From an uncultured Gemmatimonadales bacterium (lineage in GTDB: Bacteria > Gemmatimonadota > Gemmatimonadetes > Gemmatimonadales > GWC2-71-9), in NCBI GenBank assembly GCA_963825055.1, contig CAWGSK010000017.1:1-64000 (forward strand): a DNA stretch of 64,000 nucleotides, in the 5' to 3' direction. This document shows, piece by piece, positions 20,169-29,090 of this stretch. Below the pieces are notes generated by a model. The model made no database searches, had not been told where the DNA came from, and saw only the letters and a list, made by a program, of their open reading frames with translations. The first letter of the stretch is position 1. The number at the start of each line of letters is the position of its first letter. Made by a program: the position numbers and the translations under genes.

Positions 20169-20232
20169 TGAACCACGGAAGACACGGAAGTCACGGAACA
20201 TTTATCGAAGCGGCCGTGTATTCCGTGGTTCA
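20169..20232. repeat. Inverted repeat built of 9-mer (CACGGAAGA-like) units
   Basis: TGAACCACGGAAGACACGG ... CCGTGTATTCCGTGGTTCA (18/19 complementary); three CACGGAA units on the left. Confidence 0.75.
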
Positions 20233-20282
20233 AAGTGTCACGGCGCGATATGCTGGCATGCGCCGGGAGCCCCACGCTTAGA

Positions 20283-20305
20283 TTGTCAGAATCCTGTCAG
20301 AATCC
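20283..20305. promoter_or_regulatory. 11-bp direct repeat resembling a PhoB/OmpR-family box
   Basis: TGTCAGAATCC twice in tandem (TTGTCAG-AATC-CTGTCAG). Confidence 0.4.
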
Positions 20306-20317
20306 TCTGGAGCCATC

Positions 20318-23311
20318 ATGCCCTCTCGCTGTATCCTCCTCGCGGCGGCGCTGGTCTTCCTCCCGGCTGCTGCTGCGGCCCAGCAGGTGCCGCGCGGCAC
20401 CGGTGACTGGAATCCCGATTCACTCGGGAATCACCGCGTCGTGCTCCGGGTGATGCGCGCCGCGCCGGCCGTCCGGGCGCACGTGGAATGGCGCCGGCGG
20501 GACTACCACCCCGAACTGAAGCGCCTCATCGTGACCGACTCGACGGGGCGGCGCGTCCTGAACGCGACCCCGATCCGGATCACGCGGGTCTCCGGCGACC
20601 TCGCCTTCGAACCGATCGCCGGCCCCGGACGGTACTTCGCGTACTACATGCCCTACGCCGGCTCCGTTCGCTCCAACTATCCGAAGATCACCTATCCGGC
20701 CCCCGACACGACGGCGGATGCCAACTGGCTCCGGCGATACCGGCTCGACCGTCCCGTGGCCGCCGGCTGGCGGCGGCTGCCGGAGGCTTCGGTGGTGGCC
20801 ATCGAGGCGGTGGATTCGATGAGCCGGATGGACCCGATGGAGGTGATTGCCACACCGGAGGAAACGGCGGCACTCCGGCAGCGGCACCGCGGCCAGCCGT
20901 TCGTACTCTTTCCCGAAGACCGCACCCGCGCGATCCGGATGACGCACGACCTGCCACAACGGTGGATCGCCTCCGGTGGCAACGGTCCCGTGACGGGGAC
21001 GGCCCTGCGGGGCGAGTTCTATGCCTTCCAGGTGGGCGTGTGGGCCCTCCGGGCGCTCGACAGCGTGCGCATCACGTTCGGTCCCCTCGCCGGTCCGGCC
21101 GGCACCACGATCCCCGCTGCCGCGTTCAGTGGTTTCACGACGGATGGAATGGACTGGCAGGGGCGCCCGTTCAAGCGGCGGGTGCAGGTGGACTCGGGTG
21201 ACGTACACGCGCTCTGGAACGGGGTCATGATCCCGGTGAATGCGACCCCGGGCACCTGGCGTGGAACCCTGAGCGTTGCCGCCGCCGGGACCGAGCCGGT
21301 CACGATCCAGGTCCGGCTGGATGTGGCGCCCGACAGCATCGCCCATCACGGTGACGACCAGCCCTGGCGGCTGTCCCGGCTCCGGTGGCTCGACTCGCGG
21401 CTGGATCTCGACTCCACGCTCGTGCCGCCCTACACCCCGGTCGAGCGCCATGGCGAGACACTGGCTGTCCTCGGCCGGCAGGTCAGGTTGTCGGCCACCG
21501 GCTTCCCGGCCCAGGTGACGAGCTACTTCAGCCGCGAGATGACTTCACTGGATTCAACGCCGAGGCCCATGCTGGCCGGCCCGGTGTCGTTTGAAGTGGA
21601 GGACGCTGCGGGAGGGACGAGCACGCTCAGCGGGAGCGGTGTCGCCTTCACGCGGGAACTGCCCGGCGCCGTGGTCTGGACCTCCACGAGCTCAGCCGGA
21701 GGAGCCCGCTTCGCCACCAGGGGCGCGCTGGAGTTCGACGGGAACATCGAGTACACGGTTGCCGTGACGGCCGACCAGCCCATACAGGTGCGCGACATCC
21801 GGCTCCAGATCCCGTTGCGCCGCGAGGTCGCGCGCTACCTGGTGGGCATGAATTACAAGGGCGGCCCGGCGCCGGACAGCTATGACTGGGCCTGGGACGT
21901 GAAGCGAAACCAGGACGCCGCCTGGGTGGGAGACGTGAACGCGGGCGTGCAGTTCACGCTGAGGGACGACCACTACATCCGGCCGCTCAATACCAACTTC
22001 TACCAGCTGCGCCCGCTCGTGATGCCCACCTCGTGGGAGAACGGCGGGAACGGAGGGTGCCGGTTCCGGGCGGAGGACGAGACGTACCGGATCACCTGTT
22101 TCAGCGGTGCGAGGCGCCTCGTTCCCGGGGACACCCTGTATTACAACCTCCGGCTGCTGCTGACCCCGTTTCATCCCATCGACACCCGGACACATTTTGC
22201 GACGCGGTACTTCCACCGGTACGCCCCCATCGACTCGATTCGTTCCACCGGGGCGAATATCGTGAACGTGCACCACGCGACACCGGTCAACCCGTGGATC
22301 AACTACCCCTTTCTCCGCCCCGACGCCATGAAGGCCTACGCCGACTCGGCGCACGCGGCGGGGATGCGGATGAAGATCTACTATACCGTCCGGGAGCTCA
22401 CCAACCGGGCGCCCGAGTTCTGGGCACTCCGGAGTTTCGGGGACGAGGTTCTGGCCTCGGGGCCGGGGGGCGGCCATTCCTGGCTCCAGGAGCATGTCGG
22501 TGGCGACTACATCACCGGCTGGGTGGTGCCCGAGCTTCGGGACATCGCCCTGGTGACGAGCGGTATCTCCCGGTGGCACAACTTCTTCGTGGAAGGCCTC
22601 CAGTGGCTGGTCGACAACGTCGGCATCGATGGCCTCTACCTGGACGACGTCGCCTTCGACCGTGTCTCGATGCAGCGGATCCGCCGCGTGCTGGCACCCG
22701 GTGCCCCCGGCGAACGGATCGACCTGCACTCGGCGAACCAGTACAACCCGAATGACGGGTTCGCGAGCAGCGCGAATCTCTATCTCGAGCATTTCCCCTA
22801 CATCGACCGGCTCTGGTTCGGCGAGTACTTCGACTATGACTCGCCGCCCGCCTACTGGCTGACGGAGATGTCCGGCATTCCCTTCGGGCTTATGGGGGAG
22901 ATGCTGCAGGATGGCGGCAATCCCTGGCGGGGGATGGTGTTCGGCATGACGGCCCGGCTTCCCTGGGCGGGCGATCCGACCGCTTTATGGAAGGCATGGG
23001 ACGATTTCGGGATCGTGGACAGCCGCATGATCGGGTGGTGGGCCGATCCTCCGGTGCGGACCGGCCGGGATGACGTCCTGGCCACGTCCTATGTCCGGGA
23101 GGGGCGCACCATGGTGGCGCTGGCCAGCTGGGCTTCGGACACGGTTCCGGTGCGTCTGGCGGTGGACTGGACCCGGCTGGGTCTCGCCCGGGACCGGGCC
23201 GGGGCGCGGATGCCGGCGATCCGGGACTTCCAGGAAGGTGGGGCGGTGGACTTGTCGCGTCCGATCATGATTGCACCGGGGAAGGGTGCGATCGTCGTGA
23301 TCAGCGAGTAG
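20318..23311 (+). CDS. Secreted putative glycoside hydrolase (DUF6067-type)
   Basis: Signal peptide; GEFYAFQVGV, PWRLSRLRWL, WINYPF, KIYYTVREL, GIDGLYLDD; 997 aa. Confidence 0.75.
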   Translation: MPSRCILLAAALVFLPAAAAAQQVPRGTGDWNPDSLGNHRVVLRVMRAAPAVRAHVEWRRRDYHPELKRLIVTDSTGRRVLNATPIRITRVSGDLAFEPIAGPGRYFAYYMPYAGSVRSNYPKITYPAPDTTADANWLRRYRLDRPVAAGWRRLPEASVVAIEAVDSMSRMDPMEVIATPEETAALRQRHRGQPFVLFPEDRTRAIRMTHDLPQRWIASGGNGPVTGTALRGEFYAFQVGVWALRALDSVRITFGPLAGPAGTTIPAAAFSGFTTDGMDWQGRPFKRRVQVDSGDVHALWNGVMIPVNATPGTWRGTLSVAAAGTEPVTIQVRLDVAPDSIAHHGDDQPWRLSRLRWLDSRLDLDSTLVPPYTPVERHGETLAVLGRQVRLSATGFPAQVTSYFSREMTSLDSTPRPMLAGPVSFEVEDAAGGTSTLSGSGVAFTRELPGAVVWTSTSSAGGARFATRGALEFDGNIEYTVAVTADQPIQVRDIRLQIPLRREVARYLVGMNYKGGPAPDSYDWAWDVKRNQDAAWVGDVNAGVQFTLRDDHYIRPLNTNFYQLRPLVMPTSWENGGNGGCRFRAEDETYRITCFSGARRLVPGDTLYYNLRLLLTPFHPIDTRTHFATRYFHRYAPIDSIRSTGANIVNVHHATPVNPWINYPFLRPDAMKAYADSAHAAGMRMKIYYTVRELTNRAPEFWALRSFGDEVLASGPGGGHSWLQEHVGGDYITGWVVPELRDIALVTSGISRWHNFFVEGLQWLVDNVGIDGLYLDDVAFDRVSMQRIRRVLAPGAPGERIDLHSANQYNPNDGFASSANLYLEHFPYIDRLWFGEYFDYDSPPAYWLTEMSGIPFGLMGEMLQDGGNPWRGMVFGMTARLPWAGDPTALWKAWDDFGIVDSRMIGWWADPPVRTGRDDVLATSYVREGRTMVALASWASDTVPVRLAVDWTRLGLARDRAGARMPAIRDFQEGGAVDLSRPIMIAPGKGAIVVISE

Positions 23312-23329
23312 ACGCCCGACGCCGCCCGG

Positions 23330-23776
23330 TCAGGTGTCCATGACCGGCAACCCGCGGCTGGTGGGGCGGGGGCGTGGCGCCTCCGCGGGCGGGCGGATCG
23401 TATGCCAGATGTTCCAGATGAACATCCAGGCGGCCGCCGTTTCCAGGACGCCGCCGGCCGCCAGGAGGGGCGACCCCAGCCGCAGGTGCGGCCGGAGGAA
23501 GAACCCGGCCGTCATTGCGGCAAGGCCCAGGTTGGCGGCCCACCAGTTGAGAGCGGCGAGCCGGGGGCTGTGGAGGGGGTTGGCTGCGAAGCGGGGCATG
23601 ACGTGATATGCCACGCCGAATATCATCATCATGACGAAGCCCACCAGATTCAGGTGCACGTGGGCGGGGCGGTAGATCACCCAGGCCGGCCGCATCGCCA
23701 TCGCGAGGCCGAGGGCCGTTCCGAGCCCGAGCCACGCGAGGCTGGCTCGGATGAAGCGGCGGACAAAGGGGTCCAT
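23330..23776 (-). CDS. Small 4-TM membrane protein resembling one heme-copper oxidase repeat (NnrS-like)
   Basis: YRPAHVHLNLVGF..MIFGVAYHVMPRF; HxH in a TM helix; TGATG translational coupling. Confidence 0.7.
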   Translation of the reverse strand: MDPFVRRFIRASLAWLGLGTALGLAMAMRPAWVIYRPAHVHLNLVGFVMMMIFGVAYHVMPRFAANPLHSPRLAALNWWAANLGLAAMTAGFFLRPHLRLGSPLLAAGGVLETAAAWMFIWNIWHTIRPPAEAPRPRPTSRGLPVMDT

Positions 23777-24030
23777 CACGCGGCTCCAGTGACCGTCCGG
23801 AGTTGCTCCAGCAGAACCTCGATCGTCAGGCCGTGCGCCTGGGCCGCTTTCCCGATGGGAAGGCCGCCGCCGCAGCAGGTGTCGATCCCGGCCCGGGCGA
23901 GAATGGGGAGGACCTCCGGGTAGCGCTGGACGACCGAGTTCACGGTCTCGTCAGGCTGGATATTGACTGGCTGTGTCATGAGGGTGTCCGGCAGAGGATG
24001 GGCGGCGCCCGGTGCGGACGCCGCGGTCAT
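23776..24030 (-). CDS. DUF542/ScdA_N small protein (N-terminal domain of RIC/YtfE)
   Basis: TVNSVVQRYPE..GIDTCCGG..AAQAHGL. Alternative start 23979. Confidence 0.8.
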   Translation of the reverse strand: MTAASAPGAAHPLPDTLMTQPVNIQPDETVNSVVQRYPEVLPILARAGIDTCCGGGLPIGKAAQAHGLTIEVLLEQLRTVTGAA

Positions 24031-24033
24031 GGG

Positions 24034-25041
24034 TCAGTGGCTGGCGACGGCCGCGGGATTCCCCACCTTGATGAGTCCCACCGCGCCCTTACTCGCATCA
24101 GCGAAGGCGTGCGTTACGAAGGCGTAAGTTCCTTCGCCGCTCTCGCCCTTCGCAAATGTGGTTTCGAACACCGCACCACCGCCGGCGGGGATTTCCCACG
24201 TCTGCAGTCCGTGCAGGGCCCGGTCCACCTGGCCGTCCGGATAGACGGCGTCGAGGATGGTGCCGACGATATGAAACGCGCTGGAGCGGTTCGGCCCGGC
24301 ATTGACCACAAAGAAGCGGACCCGGTCGCCCTCGTTCACCGTCAGGGGCGCGGTCCGGTACTGGTCGGCCCGGCCGTTGAACACCACATAGGAGGCGTGG
24401 TTCTCGAGCATGGCATTCCAGTCGCCCTGTCGGACGGCGCTGTCGGCGGCAGGCGCAGGATAGAACTCGCTCTGCACGAGCACGAACTCCCGGTCCGCCT
24501 TCGTGGGCCAGCCGCCCTGGGGGTCCACGATGACGGGCAGATACATCCCCTGGGCAATATGCATGAGTACGGGTGGCGTTCCGCAGTGCACCAGGAAGGC
24601 GCCCGGGGTCGTGGCGGTAAACTCGAAGGTCAGGGACTGGCCCGGGGCGATGGTCGCCATTGCATGATCCATCGGGATCCGCGCGGCGTGGAAGTCGATC
24701 GAATGCGGCATGTCCTTCGCCTCGTTCACCAGGACGATCCGGACCCGGTCGCCCTGGCGCACCCGGATGGCCGGCCCCGGCACCGTCCCGCCGAAGGTCC
24801 ACCCGGCGTAGCGAACCCCCGGGGCGATCTCGACCGTATCGTGGGTGATGGGGATCCGGAATTCCTTCAGGTGCGCGCCGCCCGCGGGGGCAAGCCGGGC
24901 ATCGAAGGCGGGGCTGGTGGCGGTCCGGGTCTGGCCGAAGTCCACCCGCGCCACTTCCGCATCGTGGCTGGTTGCGGACGTGAAGATCGCCGCGAGGCTG
25001 ATGACGGTGGCGGCCGAAAGGACGATAGTTGTGCTGCGCAT
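24034..25041 (-). CDS. nirK: Copper-containing nitrite reductase
   Basis: Signal peptide; PHSIDFHAA (T1 His, catalytic Asp, T2 His), HCGTPPVLMHIAQGM, FHIVG (catalytic His), FVTHAF. Confidence 0.85.
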   Translation of the reverse strand: MRSTTIVLSAATVISLAAIFTSATSHDAEVARVDFGQTRTATSPAFDARLAPAGGAHLKEFRIPITHDTVEIAPGVRYAGWTFGGTVPGPAIRVRQGDRVRIVLVNEAKDMPHSIDFHAARIPMDHAMATIAPGQSLTFEFTATTPGAFLVHCGTPPVLMHIAQGMYLPVIVDPQGGWPTKADREFVLVQSEFYPAPAADSAVRQGDWNAMLENHASYVVFNGRADQYRTAPLTVNEGDRVRFFVVNAGPNRSSAFHIVGTILDAVYPDGQVDRALHGLQTWEIPAGGGAVFETTFAKGESGEGTYAFVTHAFADASKGAVGLIKVGNPAAVASH

Positions 25042-25218
25042 GGTGCCTGCCTGCTGGAGCGTGACGATGCCGGGCCCCTGTGGCGCCGGTACGCAGGCAG
25101 GATATCATGAAGAGTCGGAACGTTGCACAAAGGTGAGATGAAGAAAGCTTCAGGCTCCCATGCCGCCCCCCGCCGTCGGGGGAACCGGCTTCACGAAACA
25201 TTTTGAAGGGAGGCACTC

Positions 25219-26220
25219 GTGCCCAACCGTCTCCTCCTGCTCCTCGGCCTCCTGTTGCCGATCGGCCTGGACTACGCGGGTACGGCTCCGATGGTCCCCG
25301 CCGCCCCGACCGTCCAGGAGTGGACCGTGCCCTGGCCGGACACCCGGCCGAGGGATCCCCATGTGGATACGGAGGGGCACGTCTGGTTCGTCGGCCAGAC
25401 CGGCGACTATATCGGAGTGCTCGATCCTGCCTCCGGAACGTTCCGCCGCTTCGAGCTGGACCCGGGGACCGGCCCGCACAACCTGATCGTGGGTCCGGAC
25501 GGGATGGTCTGGTACAGCGGAAACCGGGCGGCCCACATCGGCCGGCTGGACCCCGCCAGCGGCAACATCCGCAAGTACCCGATGCCGGACGCCGCCGCGA
25601 GGGATCCGCACACTCTCCTCTTCGACAGCCACGGCATCATGTGGTTCACCGTGCAGGGCGGCAATTACGCCGGGCGGTTCCGGCCAGCCACGGGCAAGGT
25701 GGATCTCGTCAAGGTGCCGACGGCTGGGGCCCGGCCGTACGGGATCGTCATCGACCGTGACGACCGGCCCTGGATTGCGGAGTTCGGATCGTACAAGCTG
25801 GCGACCATTGACCGCAACAACATGGCGCTGCGCGAGGTGCCGCTGCCCCGCGAGGGGGCACGGCCCCGTCGCCTGGCCCTCACCGGTGGCCGGTTCGTCT
25901 GGTACGGGGACTACGTCGGTGGGATGCTGGGGCGCTACGACCCGGCCTCGGGTGAGTTCCGGGAATGGCCGCTGCCGGCCGGACGGCGGTCCCTGCCGTA
26001 CGGCATGGCGACGGGGCGCGACGGGAGCGTGTGGATCGCGGAAACCGGGCCGCAACCAAACCGGCTGGTCCGGTTCGATCCCGAGACGCAGCGGTTTACG
26101 GACACGCTGGAGGTGCCGAGTGGCGGAGGTACGATCCGGCACATGATGACCGCCCCCAACGGGGACATCTGGTTCGGGTCCGATGCCAATACGATCGGGA
26201 GAATCCGGCCCGGAGGCTGA
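25219..26220 (+). CDS. Vgb (virginiamycin B lyase)-like secreted beta-propeller
   Basis: Signal peptide; repeated P..I..GPDG.VW..IGRLDP blades. Confidence 0.82.
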   Translation: MPNRLLLLLGLLLPIGLDYAGTAPMVPAAPTVQEWTVPWPDTRPRDPHVDTEGHVWFVGQTGDYIGVLDPASGTFRRFELDPGTGPHNLIVGPDGMVWYSGNRAAHIGRLDPASGNIRKYPMPDAAARDPHTLLFDSHGIMWFTVQGGNYAGRFRPATGKVDLVKVPTAGARPYGIVIDRDDRPWIAEFGSYKLATIDRNNMALREVPLPREGARPRRLALTGGRFVWYGDYVGGMLGRYDPASGEFREWPLPAGRRSLPYGMATGRDGSVWIAETGPQPNRLVRFDPETQRFTDTLEVPSGGGTIRHMMTAPNGDIWFGSDANTIGRIRPGG

Positions 26221-26242
26221 TCCGGATTCGAATCCGGAAAGT

Positions 26243-26279
26243 AGAATGCCCGCCGGTGCTGAGCACCGGCGGGCATTCT
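26243..26279. terminator. Hairpin between convergent genes
   Basis: AGAATGCCCGCCGGTGCT-G-AGCACCGGCGGGCATTCT; adjacent palindrome TCCGGATTCGAATCCGGA at 26221-26238. Confidence 0.7.
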
Positions 26280-26297
26280 CGTGCAGGGAAACAGGGT

Positions 26298-27107
26298 TTA
26301 CTGGTCGCAGTGCGCCGGACCCTGGTTGCCGTTGTTGAAGCTGTCCAGCAGGTCATGCCACGCCAGGAGCTGGGCGTTCGAGTAGCTGGAGCCGGTGAAG
26401 TAACTGGTGCCACCGGTAATGGCGGCCTGGACGGCGCTGCTGGCTGTGGCTCCGTTGGCGACGTTCATCACGGCGGTCATCCACTGGTGCGCCAGCTTGA
26501 CGTACACGTCCCCGCCCTTCGGGGCCGTGTTGTACATCTGGAGCCAGGTCTTGCCGCTCGTGAAGAACGGATTGCCCGGGGCATACCCCGACGGCCAGCG
26601 GCTCAGCGTGTTCTTATAGCCGCCCTGGGTGTAGGTGCAGCCCGCCTGGGCGGGGACGTTGTAGAACTCGGCGCGTGATCCCTCCTCCAGCGACACCGGG
26701 CCCGTGACCGTGTTCGTGCTCCAGAGCGTCTGGGTGGTCACCGTCGGCGGCGTGTCCAGTCGCGGGCCGATGTAGGTGGTGAACACGATCCGGTCCAGCG
26801 TGTAGGCGGACGACGTATGTTCCGTGACCGTCACCTCGTCCCGCGGGAACGCAGCGTGGGTGTGCACGACCTGGCAGTCTCCGTCGCCGAGCGTGACCTC
26901 GGTGGCGGTTCCGCCATTGATACTCACGTCGAACACGGCCCTGCTCCCGTATTTGCACAACTCGAACACCTGCCGGCCCAGATTGCCGGCCACGAAGCTC
27001 GGGGCGAGCGGGGAGCCGCCACTCCCGCCGTCCGTACAGCCGAGGACCGTGAGGAGCGCAACTGCGGGAGTGAGACGTGCAAGCGACTGGAACCATACCT
27101 TGCGCAT
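26298..27107 (-). CDS. Uncharacterised secreted lipoprotein, paralogue A
   Basis: GGAGG SD; VLGC lipobox; C-terminal GCTYTQGGYKN..KLAHQ..MN..LLDSFNNG..PAHC domain. Confidence 0.8.
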   Translation of the reverse strand: MRKVWFQSLARLTPAVALLTVLGCTDGGSGGSPLAPSFVAGNLGRQVFELCKYGSRAVFDVSINGGTATEVTLGDGDCQVVHTHAAFPRDEVTVTEHTSSAYTLDRIVFTTYIGPRLDTPPTVTTQTLWSTNTVTGPVSLEEGSRAEFYNVPAQAGCTYTQGGYKNTLSRWPSGYAPGNPFFTSGKTWLQMYNTAPKGGDVYVKLAHQWMTAVMNVANGATASSAVQAAITGGTSYFTGSSYSNAQLLAWHDLLDSFNNGNQGPAHCDQ

Positions 27108-27243
27108 GGAACCTCCTGGGGGCTGCAGGCCTTCTGCTGATGGAGAGGGCGGGGATCCCCGCCGGGATGTTCTCGGCCGGGCTGCTGGCCGATAGGGGTA
27201 CTGCAAGAATCTGCATTATCCGGGCCGGTGCCGCATGCGGATG

Positions 27244-27268
27244 TAAGTCAATAATTCTCAGTATCTTG
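27244..27268. promoter_or_regulatory. 25-bp pseudo-palindromic motif, copy 1 (IHF-like half sites)
   Basis: TAAGTCAATA-ATTCT-CAGTATCTTG; same spacing as 28407 and 54321. Confidence 0.3.
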
Positions 27269-27340
27269 TGTCCGATACCCACCGCTTCCTGTCTAAGGCT
27301 GGCGTGCCACATGTGGCGAGGACTCTCCAGCAAGGGCAGA

Positions 27341-27377
27341 AAAAAGCCCGCCGGCGCGATGCGCCGGCGGGCTTTTT
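27341..27377. terminator. Intrinsic terminator after paralogue B
   Basis: AAAAAGCCCGCCGGCGC-GAT-GCGCCGGCGGGCTTTTT; U-tracts on both strands. Confidence 0.88.
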
Positions 27378-27396
27378 CAGGTCCTGAACCGGAGGT

Positions 27397-28225
27397 TCAA
27401 TCGTCGCAGTGCGCCGGACCCTGGTTGCCGTTGTTGAAACTGTCGAGCAGGTCGTGCCAGGCGAGCAACTGGCTCTTCGACGGGCTGGTCGAGCCACTGA
27501 AATACGATTCCGCACCTGCGATGGCGGCCTGCACCGATGCATGTTGCGGTGGCGCCGTTCACGATGTTCATCTTGGCGGCCATGTACTGGTGCGCCAGCT
27601 TGACGTACACATCCCCGCCCTTCGGGGGCGTGTTGAACATCTCGAGCCACGTCTTGCCGCTTCCGTAGAAGGCCGCGTTCGGGTCGTAGCCGGCCGGCCA
27701 GCGGCTCAGGGTGTTCTTGTAGCCGCCCTGGGTGTAGGTGCAGCCCCCGGTCGTTGGCACCCGCACGTTGTAGAACGCGATCGAAGCTCCGGTTTCAAGA
27801 CCGACCTGCCCCGTCGCGCTCGGTCCAGCCGGGTTGGTGACGGTAACCGTCGGATTCAGGTCGGTGTTGCGGACATACTGGTACTGGGTCAGCACGATGT
27901 GGTCCAGGGCGTAACCCGCGTCGGCGGAGACCTCGGTCACCGCGACGTCGATGGGGGTTGCTGCGGTCCCGGCCGCACTGTTGGTGTAGATGGTCTGGCA
28001 CTCGCCATCGGTCAGGGCGAACCCCGTCTGGGCCGTTCCGTTGACGGTCCAGCTGAATGAGGCGCCGGAGCCGTACTTGCAGACCTCGACGTGTGTCCGG
28101 GCGTTTGAACCGCTGAGAACGAACTCCGGTCCGGCAGGCGAAGTGACGTCGCCGGCCTGGCAACCGAGAGCGGCGAGAGCGCCGAGCGCGGCAAGGGGGA
28201 TGGTGCGCATAATGGTACGAGACAT
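27397..28225 (-). pseudogene. Lipoprotein paralogue B with a 1-nt frameshift near 27541 (true lesion or assembly error)
   Basis: Span is 829 nt (3n+1). Removing one base after GATAT restores ASVQAAIAG..QLLAWHDLLDSFNNGNQGPAHCDD*, matching paralogue A. Confidence 0.85.
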
Positions 28226-28275
28226 GGCGATCTCCTGAAGTGTGACCGAGTTGCCCGTGACGGGCGGACGACCCA

Positions 28276-28356
28276 CATTCAGGCAGCCGGGCGGTCTCGG
28301 GATGAGATCCCTGGCTTTGCGAACCGGTCTCGCGACCGGGTTGCCCTTGTCAGAAG
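28276..28356 (-). ncRNA. c-di-GMP-I (GEMM-I) riboswitch
   Basis: Minus strand GACAAGGGCAACCCGGTC-GCGA-GACCGGTTCGCAAAGCCAGGGATCTC..GAGACCGCCCGGCTGCCTGAA: GGGCAA, GNRA-capped P2, CGCAAAGCC junction, P3, GGCTGCC end; about 50 nt upstream of ATG 28225. Confidence 0.85.
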
Positions 28357-28406
28357 TGGAGACTGAGCGCTATGAAGCACATCCCGCGCCACCAGCCTCA
28401 CGTTCA

Positions 28407-28431
28407 GAAAGCATTGTATGCCAACGACTTA
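28407..28431. promoter_or_regulatory. 25-bp pseudo-palindromic motif, copy 2 (IHF-like half sites)
   Basis: GAAAGCATTG-TATGC-CAACGACTTA; right half matches CAANNNNTTR. Confidence 0.4.
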
Positions 28432-28652
28432 CTAGTCGTACAGGCTTGCTCGACACCGCAGCACTGTTCACCGGCGCCCCACCGCAATGTTGCGCGATTC
28501 CAACAGCGAGTCCTTCGGGTGGAGCTGAATGTCGCGACGGGCCTTCGCCTGCATCTCACGGTTCCCGTGACAGAACTCACGGCATGAGGCCGCCCTCCTG
28601 GCGTAGGTAGGAGAGGACCATCTGCTCTGGTCCCATCCCGTCCGGAGGCACC

Positions 28653-29090
28653 ATGCAGCTCCAGGAAATCATGACGGCCGGCATCCATGCCGTCGATCGC
28701 AGGTCTCAGGTGCACGACGCCGCTTCAAGCATGCGTGAGCATCACGTGGGAATGGTCGCGGTCTGCGACGATGGCGTCGTGGTCGGCGTCATCACGGACC
28801 GCGACATCGCGCTTCGCGTCACGGCGGAGTCCCGTGGGTCTTCCACACCGGTCGGCGACGTGATGACGGGCGACGTCACCTGCGTGTATGCCGACACTCC
28901 GATCGAGGATGCTGCCCGCCTGATGGAGGAACGCCAGATCCGTCGGCTGCTCGTGATGGACCGCGAACAGCGCATTCGGGGGATGGTCAGCCTCGGCGAC
29001 GTCGCGGGCCGCGCCCACCATCCTGACCTCGCGGGTCGGGTCATTGAGCATCTGTACGAGCGTCCGGAGCCGATGGTCCAGCACTCGTGA
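28653..29090 (+). CDS. CBS domain protein
   Basis: GVITDRDI, VGDVMT, QIRRLLV..GMVSLGD. Confidence 0.9.
   Translation: MQLQEIMTAGIHAVDRRSQVHDAASSMREHHVGMVAVCDDGVVVGVITDRDIALRVTAESRGSSTPVGDVMTGDVTCVYADTPIEDAARLMEERQIRRLLVMDREQRIRGMVSLGDVAGRAHHPDLAGRVIEHLYERPEPMVQHS

Noticed and set aside
25042..25218. Canonical FNR/NnrR or NsrR box before nirK
   Set aside because: No TTGAT-N4-ATCAA or clear NsrR palindrome found; only a weaker non-canonical palindrome, listed as a finding.
25219..26220. Streptogramin resistance gene
   Set aside because: Only fold-level Vgb similarity and it has a signal peptide; such propellers are widespread without a resistance role.
27108..27300. Second c-di-GMP riboswitch before paralogue A
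   Set aside because: Hairpins are present but the GGCAA/GCAAAGC GEMM signature is absent.
27530..27550. Programmed ribosomal frameshift in paralogue B
   Set aside because: No slippery heptamer or homopolymer; paralogue A is continuous, so a simple indel is more likely.
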